NCBI GenBank assembly: GCA_016710465.1
Contig: JADJVS010000001.1
Coordinates: 15,255-79,254, forward strand
Length of the DNA: 64,000 nucleotides
Direction of reading: 5' to 3'
Source of the DNA: Sulfuritalea sp.
GTDB lineage: Bacteria > Pseudomonadota > Gammaproteobacteria > Burkholderiales > Rhodocyclaceae
The notes beneath the pieces are model-generated. The model ran no database searches. It saw only the letters and a list, made by a program, of their open reading frames with translations, and was not told the origin of the DNA. Positions 56,331-64,000 of this stretch are shown in pieces; position 1 is the stretch's first letter; each line of letters opens with the position of its first letter. A program made the translations under genes and the position numbers.

Positions 56331-57143
56331 TTATTTGGGCTTTTCCATACTATCTTCAGGGGATTGTGATTTCTCGTTTCGGCAAGGCGCACCGGGCAAA
56401 GGATTTTCCAGTGCGGCGATCATGCCGCGCAGGATGTTGATTTCCTCCTTTTCCGGCACGGCGCGCGCCAGCAGGCGGCGCATGCGCGGGATCAGGCGCT
56501 TGGGGCTGGCCGGATCGAGGAAGCCGCTACCGATCGCGGCACGTTCGATATGGGCGACCAGGCCTTCGACCTCTTCGTGGCTGGCGACCTGCCCGGCACC
56601 CGAGATTGCCGGTGGCGCACCGGGGTCCAGCGCCGCAAGCCGCAGTTCATAGCTCATCACCTGCACGGCCGCCGCCAGGTTCAGCGAACTGAATTCGGGC
56701 GCCACGGGTATCGTCGCCCAGCGCCGGCACAAACCCAGTTCCTCGTTGGAGAGGCCGGAGGTCTCGTTGCCGAACACCAGCGCCACCTCGCCGCCGGCGC
56801 TGGCGGCACAAACCGCTTCCATCGCCGCGTCGCGCGCCCATAGCGCCGGTGTCGCCAGCTCGCGGCGGCGCGCGGTGAGCGCCACCGCCAACACCGTTCC
56901 CTGCAAGGCCGCGGACATTGAATCGACCACCGCCGACTGCACCAACAGATCGGTCGCGCCGGCCGCCATGGCATCAGCCTGGGCATTGGGAAAATCCCTG
57001 GGCCTGACCAATACCAGGCGCGACAGACCCATGGTCTTCATCGCCCGCGCCGCCGCGCCGATGTTGCCGGGATGGCTGGTGTGCGACAGCACCACGCGAA
57101 TGCGTTCGAGGTTAATGGCGGCGGAAGCCTGCGCTGCGGTCAT
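56331..57143 (-). CDS. trmJ: tRNA (cytidine/uridine-2'-O-)-methyltransferase TrmJ (SpoU family)
   Basis: 'SHPGNIGAAARAMKTMG', 'LVFGNETSGLSNEEL', 'SLNLAAAVQV'. Confidence 0.88.
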   Translation of the reverse strand: MTAAQASAAINLERIRVVLSHTSHPGNIGAAARAMKTMGLSRLVLVRPRDFPNAQADAMAAGATDLLVQSAVVDSMSAALQGTVLAVALTARRRELATPALWARDAAMEAVCAASAGGEVALVFGNETSGLSNEELGLCRRWATIPVAPEFSSLNLAAAVQVMSYELRLAALDPGAPPAISGAGQVASHEEVEGLVAHIERAAIGSGFLDPASPKRLIPRMRRLLARAVPEKEEINILRGMIAALENPLPGAPCRNEKSQSPEDSMEKPK

Positions 57144-57238
57144 GCCATGTCCCGGATACCGTGGGCCGGGAAGGTATCCCGGGATAGAATTGCGGGCTCG
57201 CTCACCCTGTGTGACATACCGTCCGCCCCGCCCGAATC

Positions 57239-58045
57239 ATGCATCCCACGCTGAACATCGCCATCAAGGCCGCGCGTCGCGCCGGCCAGATCATCAACCG
57301 CGCCAGCCTCGACATCGAGAAGCTCAAGATCGAAGTCAAGCGGCAAAGCGATTTTGTCACCGAGGTGGATCGCGCGGCGGAAGCCGCCATCCTAGATGTG
57401 CTGCGCGAGGCCTATCCGAGCCATGGAATTTTAGCAGAGGAGTCTGGCCTCGCCGGGACCAATCCCGAGTCGGAGTACCAGTGGATCATCGATCCGCTCG
57501 ATGGCACCACCAACTTCATCCACGGCCTGCCGCAGTATGCGATCTCCATCGGACTGGCGCACAAGGGCGTGATGACCCAGGGCGTGGTCTATGACCCGAA
57601 CCGCAACGAGCTGTTCACCGCCACCCGCGGCGGCGGCGCCTTCCTCAACGACAAGCGCATTCGCGTCAGCAAGCGCATCAAGCTCGACGAAGCCCTGATC
57701 GGAACCGGCTTTCCCTACCGCATGTTCGACCACATCGAGGCCTACCTGGCAATATTCCGCGATGTCGCACAAAAGACCGCCGGCATGCGCCGCCCCGGCG
57801 CCGCCGCGCTCGACCTGGCCTGGGTCGCCTGCGGCCGCATGGACGGCTTCTGGGAACTCGGCCTCTCGCCGTGGGACATGGCGGCGGGCACCCTGCTGAT
57901 CACCGAGGCTGGCGGCCTGGTCGGCGACCTCTCGGGCGAAGCCAGTTACATGAAGACCGGCAACATCGTCGGCGGCAACCCAAAGGTGTTTGCCCAGTTG
58001 CTGCAACTCATCGCGCCGCATCGAACGGCGGCACTTTCCGCCTGA
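57239..58045 (+). CDS. suhB: Inositol monophosphatase family protein SuhB
   Basis: '[12 protein letters not shown]', '[18 protein letters not shown]'. Confidence 0.92.
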   Translation: MHPTLNIAIKAARRAGQIINRASLDIEKLKIEVKRQSDFVTEVDRAAEAAILDVLREAYPSHGILAEESGLAGTNPESEYQWIIDPLDGTTNFIHGLPQYAISIGLAHKGVMTQGVVYDPNRNELFTATRGGGAFLNDKRIRVSKRIKLDEALIGTGFPYRMFDHIEAYLAIFRDVAQKTAGMRRPGAAALDLAWVACGRMDGFWELGLSPWDMAAGTLLITEAGGLVGDLSGEASYMKTGNIVGGNPKVFAQLLQLIAPHRTAALSA

Positions 58046-58055
58046 TCGCCCACGC

Positions 58056-60662
58056 ATGGCGGTCGCGCCGAGCGCCACGGAGCTGGCGGCCCATACCCCG
58101 GTGATGCAGCAGTGGCTGCGCCACAAGGCGCAGCATGAAGACAAGCTGCTGTTCTTCCGCATGGGGGATTTCTACGAGCTGTTCTACGAGGATGCCGAAC
58201 GTGCCGCGCGCCTGCTCGACATCACGCTGACCGCGCGTGGCCAGTCAGCCGGCAAGCCGATCGCCATGGCCGGCATCCCCTACCACGCGGTCGATGGCTA
58301 CCTGGCCAAGCTGGTCAAGCTCGGTGTTTCGGTGGCCATCTGCGAGCAGATCTCCGATCCGGCGCAGGCCAAGGGGCCGGTCGACCGCGCCGTGACACGC
58401 ATCGTCACGCCCGGCACCCTGACCGACGCCAACCTGCTCGACGACCGCAATGAGAGTCTGCTGTTGGCACTGGCCGTTGACCGCCAGCGCGCCGGCCTGG
58501 CCTGGCTCAACCTCGCCAACGGCGACCTGCGCCTGCTGGAAACCACGGCCGACGCCCTGCCCGCCCATTTTGAGCGCCTGCGCCCGGCCGAGCTGCTGCT
58601 GCCCGACGCCATGCGTGGCGAACTACCGGATACGCGCGCCGTGGTCCAGCATTTGCCGGACTGGCATTTCGACGAGCGCGCCGCGACGCATGCGCTGGCC
58701 GAACACTTCGGCACCCGCGACCTCGCCGGCTTCGGCGTCGGCAAGGAAACCCTGGCGCTGGCTGCCGCCGGCGCGCTGTATCGGTATGCCCAAGCCACGC
58801 AGTTCCAGTCACTCACCCACCTCACCCAATTGACCGTCGAGCACGAAGGCAGCTACCTCCGCCTGGATGCCGCGACCCGGCGCAACCTTGAAATCTCCGA
58901 AACCCTGCGCGGCGAGGCTTCGCCCACTCTGCTTTCGCTGTTCGACACCTGCGCCACCAGCATGGGCTCGCGCTGGCTGCGCCACTGCCTGCACCATCCC
59001 GCAACCGACCGCAACATCCCGCGCGCGCGCCACGACGCCGTGGCGGCCCTGATCGGCGAATCCGGCAATGGCCCGGCCGCCAATCTTGCCAAGGCGCTGA
59101 CCGGTTTTGCCGACATCGAGCGCATCGCCTCGCGCATCGCCCTGAAAAATGCCCGCCCGCGCGACCTCTCATCCCTGCGCAACAGCCTGGCGCGGCTCGA
59201 CGACATACGGTCGACAGTTCCCGCAGGGACGCACAGCGCTGGCGCTGGCGGTACGGCGACCCGGCTCGCCGAATTGGTTGCGGCGCTGGCAACACCCCAC
59301 GCATGCGTCGGCCTGCTCTCCGACGCCGTGGCGCCGGAGCCTTCCGCGCTGCTGCGCGAAGGCGGCGTAATCGCCCCGGGCTACAGCGCCGACCTCGACG
59401 AACTGCGCGCAATCCAGGACAACTGTGGCGCCTTCCTCGTCGAGCTCGAGGTCCGCGAACGCGAGCGCAGTGGCATCGCCAGCCTCAAGGTCGAGTTCAA
59501 CAAGGTGCACGGCTTCTACATCGAAGTCACCCATGCCAACGTCGACAAGATCCCCGACGACTACCGCCGCCGGCAGACGCTGAAAAATGCCGAGCGCTAC
59601 ATCACGCCGGAGCTCAAGGCCTTCGAGGACAAGGCACTGTCGGCCAACGAGCGGGCGCTGGCGCTGGAACGCCAGTTGTGGGACGAACTGCTCGGCGCAT
59701 TGGCCACGCACATCACGCCGCTGCAGAAGATCGCCCGCGCGATCGCCGAACTCGATGGCCTGGTCGCCTTCGCCAGCGCGGCCCAGCGTTACGACTATCG
59801 CGTCCCGGAATTCCGCGACGAGGCCTTGATCGAAATCGAGGCCGGGCGCCATCCGGTGGTCGAGCGCCAGCTTGATGGCCAGACGTTCATCGCCAACGAC
59901 ACGCGCCTCGGCGCCAACCGTCGCATGCTGCTGATCACCGGCCCCAACATGGGCGGCAAATCGACCTACATGCGCCAGGCCGCGCTGATCGTGCTACTGG
60001 CGCATTGCGGCAGCTTTGTCCCCGCCGTGCGCTGCCGGCTCGGGCCAATCGACGCCATCTACACCCGTATCGGCGCCTCGGACGACCTCGCCTCGGGACG
60101 TTCGACCTTCATGGTGGAAATGACGGAAGCCGCTGCCATCCTTAACGGCGCCACGGAGAAGTCACTGGTGTTGATGGACGAGATAGGGCGCGGCACCTCG
60201 ACCTTCGACGGTGTCGCCCTGGCCTTCGCCATCGCCCGCCACCTGCTGGAGAAGAACCGTGCCTGGACCCTGTTCTCGACCCACTACTTCGAGTTGACCC
60301 GCCTCGCGCAGGATTCACCGATCTGCGCCAACATCCACCTCGACGCCGTCGAGCACGGCCACAAGATCGTCTTCCTCCATGCCGTCGAGGAAGGCCCTGC
60401 CTCGCAAAGCTACGGCGTGCAGGTCGCGGCACTGGCCGGCATGCCGCCGGCGGTAGTGCGCGAGGCGCGGCGGCGCCTGGCCCTGTTGGAGAATCGCGAG
60501 GCGGGCACGCTGCAGCAGCCCGACCTCTTCGCCAGCGCGCCGCCCCTGCCGGAACCGCCGCATCCGGCGCTGGATGCCCTGCGCGACCTCAACCCGGACG
60601 AATTGAGCCCGCGCGAAGCCCTCGACCGGCTCTATCAACTCAATCGCCTGGCCAGGCAGTGA
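58056..60662 (+). CDS. mutS: DNA mismatch repair protein MutS
   Basis: '[11 protein letters not shown]', '[11 protein letters not shown]', Walker A 'GPNMGGKST', '[13 protein letters not shown]'. Confidence 0.95.
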   Translation: MAVAPSATELAAHTPVMQQWLRHKAQHEDKLLFFRMGDFYELFYEDAERAARLLDITLTARGQSAGKPIAMAGIPYHAVDGYLAKLVKLGVSVAICEQISDPAQAKGPVDRAVTRIVTPGTLTDANLLDDRNESLLLALAVDRQRAGLAWLNLANGDLRLLETTADALPAHFERLRPAELLLPDAMRGELPDTRAVVQHLPDWHFDERAATHALAEHFGTRDLAGFGVGKETLALAAAGALYRYAQATQFQSLTHLTQLTVEHEGSYLRLDAATRRNLEISETLRGEASPTLLSLFDTCATSMGSRWLRHCLHHPATDRNIPRARHDAVAALIGESGNGPAANLAKALTGFADIERIASRIALKNARPRDLSSLRNSLARLDDIRSTVPAGTHSAGAGGTATRLAELVAALATPHACVGLLSDAVAPEPSALLREGGVIAPGYSADLDELRAIQDNCGAFLVELEVRERERSGIASLKVEFNKVHGFYIEVTHANVDKIPDDYRRRQTLKNAERYITPELKAFEDKALSANERALALERQLWDELLGALATHITPLQKIARAIAELDGLVAFASAAQRYDYRVPEFRDEALIEIEAGRHPVVERQLDGQTFIANDTRLGANRRMLLITGPNMGGKSTYMRQAALIVLLAHCGSFVPAVRCRLGPIDAIYTRIGASDDLASGRSTFMVEMTEAAAILNGATEKSLVLMDEIGRGTSTFDGVALAFAIARHLLEKNRAWTLFSTHYFELTRLAQDSPICANIHLDAVEHGHKIVFLHAVEEGPASQSYGVQVAALAGMPPAVVREARRRLALLENREAGTLQQPDLFASAPPLPEPPHPALDALRDLNPDELSPREALDRLYQLNRLARQ

Positions 60663-61609
60663 AGCTCCTCGCGGCGCTGATCCTGGCAATGCTGATGGCA
60701 GCGCCGTCGCATGCCCAGCGCGTGTCGTTCGGGCTCTTCGGCGACACCCCCTACAACGCCTGGGAACGCCGGCACCTGCCCGAACTGATCGCCGAAATGG
60801 ACGGCGAGGACCTTGCCTTCGTAATCCACGACGGCGACATCAAGAGCGGGTCTAGCGAATGCAGCGACGCCGCGTTCCTCGACGTTCTGGGAGCCTTCCG
60901 CCAGTCCATGCATCCACTGATCTATGTCCCCGGCGACAACGAGTGGACCGACTGCCATCGCCGCAGCAACGGCGCATACGATCCATTGGAGCGCCTGGCG
61001 AAATTGCGTGAACTGTTCTTTGCCGACGCGCATGCCCTTGGCCGGCGCAAGCTTGTGCTGGAGCGGCAGAGCAATGATCCCGCTTTCACCGCCTACCGCG
61101 AGAACGTGCGCTGGGAAGCGGGCGGCGTGCTGTTCGTCGGACTCAACCTGCCCGGCAGCGCCAACAATTTCCATGGCGCCAAGGGCGGCGGCCCATCCGC
61201 CGACTACCTCGCGCGCGGCAAGGCCAATCACGCATGGCTGGCGCAGGCCTTCGCCCTGGCCGGGGATCGCCGCCTGGCCGGCCTGCTCTTGGTGATTCAG
61301 GCCAACCCCGGCTTCCACGCCGCAAATGCCGGCCGCCCGGCAACGGGATATGCCGATTTCCTGGATCAGTTGCGGCGGGAGACCATGAGGTTCGCCGGAC
61401 AGGTCGTGCTGGTCCATGGCGACACCCACCAGCATCGCATCGATCAGCCGATGGAAGATCCGGAGAGCGGAGCGCCGATCAAGAACTTCACTCGCGTCGA
61501 AACCTTCGGCTCCCCCTCCTTCGGCTGGATCAAGGCAAGCGTCGATCCCGCCAACCCGAGGCTGTTTCGCTTCGAGCCGCGAATTTTTGCCAAGCCTGTG
61601 TTTCAATAG
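60659..61609 (+). CDS. Secreted metallophosphoesterase-like protein
   Basis: GTG start overlapping the mutS stop. Signal peptide '[13 protein letters not shown]'; 'GDTPY', 'HDGDI', 'PGDNEW', 'HGDTH'. Confidence 0.65.
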   Translation: MKLLAALILAMLMAAPSHAQRVSFGLFGDTPYNAWERRHLPELIAEMDGEDLAFVIHDGDIKSGSSECSDAAFLDVLGAFRQSMHPLIYVPGDNEWTDCHRRSNGAYDPLERLAKLRELFFADAHALGRRKLVLERQSNDPAFTAYRENVRWEAGGVLFVGLNLPGSANNFHGAKGGGPSADYLARGKANHAWLAQAFALAGDRRLAGLLLVIQANPGFHAANAGRPATGYADFLDQLRRETMRFAGQVVLVHGDTHQHRIDQPMEDPESGAPIKNFTRVETFGSPSFGWIKASVDPANPRLFRFEPRIFAKPVFQ

Positions 61610-61644
61610 GGTGCAGACGCATGCCTGACGGGACGCTCTGACGG

Positions 61645-62742
61645 ATGGATGCCGAATACATTGCGACGATCCTCGTGGTGGACGACCATCCGGTCAACCT
61701 TTTGCTGGTGGAGAAGTTGCTGCGGCCGCACTACCGCGTTCGCACCGCCAATTGCGGCGCCAAGGCCCTGGAAGAAGCCCAGTCCGCCTCGCCGCCGGAC
61801 CTGATTCTGCTCGACGTGATGATGCCGGACATGAGCGGCTATGAAGTCTGCACACGACTCAAGGCAAACCCCGCGACGCACGACATTCCGATCATTTTTG
61901 TCACGGCGATGTCCGAGATCGAAAGCGAGGAACAAGGGCTGTCCCTCGGTGCCGTCGACTACCTGGCCAAGCCGATCAGCACCCCCATCCTGCTGGCCCG
62001 CGTGAAAAACCACCTGGCCCTGCGACGCCAGGCAATGGAACTCGAAGAGTTGAACCGCTCCCTGGCACAGCGGGTCGCCGACGGGGTTGCCCAGGTCGAG
62101 CGTTTGAGCCGATTGCGCCGCTTCTTTTCACCCGCGGTCGCCGACATGCTGCTGACCGGGGATGCCGAAGACCCCCTGAAAACGCATCGCCGCGAGATCG
62201 TCGTGGTCTTCATCGATCTTCGCGGGTATACGTCATTTACCGAGGCATACGGCGCCGACGAAGTCATGCATGTGCTGGGCGAATTCCATACAGCCATGGG
62301 TGCTCTGATCATGGCCTATGGGGCAACCCTGGAACGATTCGCCGGCGACGGCATGATGATCTTCTTCAACGATCCGCTGGAAATGGATGACCCGGCGGGA
62401 TCCGCGGTGCGCATGGCGCTGGCCATGCAGCAGCGCTTCGCCGAGCTGCAGGTCCTGTGGCGAACGCGTGGCTACACGCTATCGATGGGCATCGGCATCG
62501 CCCAGGGCGTGGCGACCATAGGCGCCATCGGCTTCGAGGGTCGCCGCGACTACGGCGCGATCGGCAGCGTCACCAACCTCGCGGCGCGCTTGTGCGGCGA
62601 GGCGCGAGGCGGCCAGATCCTGATCTCCCGCCAGGCGGCAAACGACGCCGCCACATCCGTTCCAATGCATGCGCTCGGTGAAATCAGTCTCAAGGGCTTC
62701 GCGGCGCCGGTGGAAATATTCGAACCATCCGCCAATCCCTGA
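61645..62742 (+). CDS. Response-regulator receiver fused to class III adenylate/guanylate cyclase
   Basis: REC domain 'ILVVDDHP...LDVMMPDMSG...AKP'. Cyclase domain 'VVFIDLRGYTSF', 'RFAGDGMMIFF', 'YGAIGSVTNLAARL'. Confidence 0.85.
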   Translation: MDAEYIATILVVDDHPVNLLLVEKLLRPHYRVRTANCGAKALEEAQSASPPDLILLDVMMPDMSGYEVCTRLKANPATHDIPIIFVTAMSEIESEEQGLSLGAVDYLAKPISTPILLARVKNHLALRRQAMELEELNRSLAQRVADGVAQVERLSRLRRFFSPAVADMLLTGDAEDPLKTHRREIVVVFIDLRGYTSFTEAYGADEVMHVLGEFHTAMGALIMAYGATLERFAGDGMMIFFNDPLEMDDPAGSAVRMALAMQQRFAELQVLWRTRGYTLSMGIGIAQGVATIGAIGFEGRRDYGAIGSVTNLAARLCGEARGGQILISRQAANDAATSVPMHALGEISLKGFAAPVEIFEPSANP

Positions 62743-62773
62743 TTTTGCCGTCGCCGCGACGACGCGTCGCCGA

Positions 62774-63226
62774 TCAGTGAAACTCGTCCTCGTGGGGAAC
62801 GGGTGCCGGCAACACGAGAATTCCCTCTTCGAGCAGTTCCATGGTTTCATCCGCGCTCGCGATGCCCCGGATGCCGCGGGCTGGTGCCTCGTCATAATGG
62901 ATCCGGCGCGCCTCCTCGGGAAAGCGCTCGCCGACATTCTCGGCTTTCCGGGCGGCCAATGCCAGTGCCCGATACAAACCGGCCGCAACGGAATCCGGCA
63001 CGGCGGGCGTTGCGGCGGCTTCGGCTGTTTCGGCGGGTGGCTGGACCACGTTGCGCCGAACGTAGGGCGCAGAAGGCAGCAGGCTCACCGCCGCGGTCTG
63101 GCACTGTGGGCAGAGCACCAACTGCCGTTCGCACTGCTGGCGAAAAGCGTCGGACGAGGCAAACCAGCCCTCGAACCGATGGCCGGAATCGCACAGAATA
63201 TTCAGGACGATCACTGTCGAACGCAT
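62774..63226 (-). CDS. DUF1178 family protein
   Basis: 'LCDSGHRFEGWFASSDAF...CPQC' zinc-ribbon-like N-terminus typical of DUF1178. Confidence 0.6.
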   Translation of the reverse strand: MRSTVIVLNILCDSGHRFEGWFASSDAFRQQCERQLVLCPQCQTAAVSLLPSAPYVRRNVVQPPAETAEAAATPAVPDSVAAGLYRALALAARKAENVGERFPEEARRIHYDEAPARGIRGIASADETMELLEEGILVLPAPVPHEDEFH

Positions 63227-63404
63227 GCTTGAAAAGGCCGCGCAGGCAGCCGAAGCAGACATTGTAGCCGGCCAGCCCCGGCACCGTATTTTCCGCAGCC
63301 GGAGCGTAGTTTCCACAGGAGTCGACAGCCTTGCTTTCGACTATCCTGATCCGATCCGGCAGCGCGATTGTTCACGCGCGGGTTCGCGAACCAGGGAGCA
63401 CGTG

Positions 63405-64000
63405 ATGGCTCAGCAGCAAGCATTACCGCTACGCACCGCATCGCCGGGAGAAGTCATCTTCTCCGAAGGCGCCACGGGGCATCCCCTCATGTATGTGATC
63501 AAGGAGGGCTCGGTCGAGATATCCATCACCCGCGGCGAGCGCAAGGTCGTGTTGTCCACGCTGGGCCGCGGCCAGTTCTTCGGCGAAATGGCCCTGCTAT
63601 CCACCGAACCGCGCAGCGCCACGGCCAGGGCCCTCACTTACTGCGAATTCCAGGTCATCGAGCCCGACGCCCTGGAGCGGCTGATCGACAAATCCTCGCC
63701 CATCGTTCGCTACATGTTGCGCACGCTGATCGCGATGGTGAAGAAGAAGGACGAGTTTGTCGCGCGCCATGCCATGGGATTTTCCGTCGTCGTCGCCTAT
63801 GCCCAGTTGCTGGAGTTGATCGCTGCGCCGGAGGCGACGTCCGGCAGGCTGCGCCGCGAACGCGAAGCGGAGGTATCGCTGCCGATCGACGAGGTCACCG
63901 ACAAATGCATGCGCATCCTGCGCCATTCACGCCAGGAAGTGACTGCGACCCTGAAGCACATGTTCAAACTCGGCCTGATCTCCATCGAATCCGGACGGCC
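63405..64000 (+). CDS. Cyclic-nucleotide-binding domain protein (3' end truncated by window edge)
   Basis: Read manually; not in the ORF track because the ORF is open at the window edge. 'GEVIFSEGATGHPLMYVIKEGSVEI...GRGQFFGEMALLSTEPRSATARA'. GGGAG RBS. No stop through position 64000. Confidence 0.75.
   Translation, partial: MAQQQALPLRTASPGEVIFSEGATGHPLMYVIKEGSVEISITRGERKVVLSTLGRGQFFGEMALLSTEPRSATARALTYCEFQVIEPDALERLIDKSSPIVRYMLRTLIAMVKKKDEFVARHAMGFSVVVAYAQLLELIAAPEATSGRLRREREAEVSLPIDEVTDKCMRILRHSRQEVTATLKHMFKLGLISIESGR

Overview
High-GC, gene-dense bacterial chromosome segment. Gene content and synteny look betaproteobacterial, probably Rhodocyclales-like; this taxon call is an inference from the anaerobic phenylacetate (pad-type) genes. 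I found no rRNA, tRNA, CRISPR array, transposase or integrase. Blocks from left to right: (1) A type I R-M operon, hsdM / DUF1016 nuclease-fold gene / hsdS / DUF3800 gene, with no hsdR in view. (2) lrgAB, a STAS protein, a quinone oxidoreductase and two small membrane proteins. (3) A TetR-controlled module: PaaK-like acyl-CoA ligase, MeaB GTPase and a split B12-dependent acyl-CoA mutase with non-canonical substrate-pocket residues. (4) An ECF sigma / anti-sigma pair whose anti-sigma carries a periplasmic DsrE-like domain. It sits next to a secreted DsrE-like paralogue, and twin divergent ECF-type promoters lie between them. (5) A roughly 14.7-kb minus-strand block: fdhD, padBCD-like Mo enzyme, five-subunit NAD-linked 2-oxoacid oxidoreductase, phenylacetate-CoA ligase and a TRAP transporter. 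PaaX, an ADP-forming acyl-CoA synthetase-like protein and a hotdog thioesterase follow. (6) A vapBC cassette wedged between an intact def gene and a duplicated def 3' remnant; vapB is frameshifted. (7) mtnP-like gene and typA. (8) An eight-gene operon between housekeeping genes: FabZ-like, ThDP enzyme, NeuB-like synthase, NeuD-like acyltransferase, ACP, acyl-AMP ligase, LuxE, LuxC. (9) tpx, tatD and a complete isc operon (iscR, extra NifS-like desulfurase, iscSUA-hscBA-fdx-iscX) preceded by cysE, trmJ and suhB. (10) mutS, a secreted metallophosphoesterase, a response-regulator adenylate/guanylate cyclase, DUF1178 and a partial cNMP-binding protein. Most long ORFs antisense to these genes are GC-driven shadow ORFs. 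All family assignments come from reading motifs in the translations; no database search was run.
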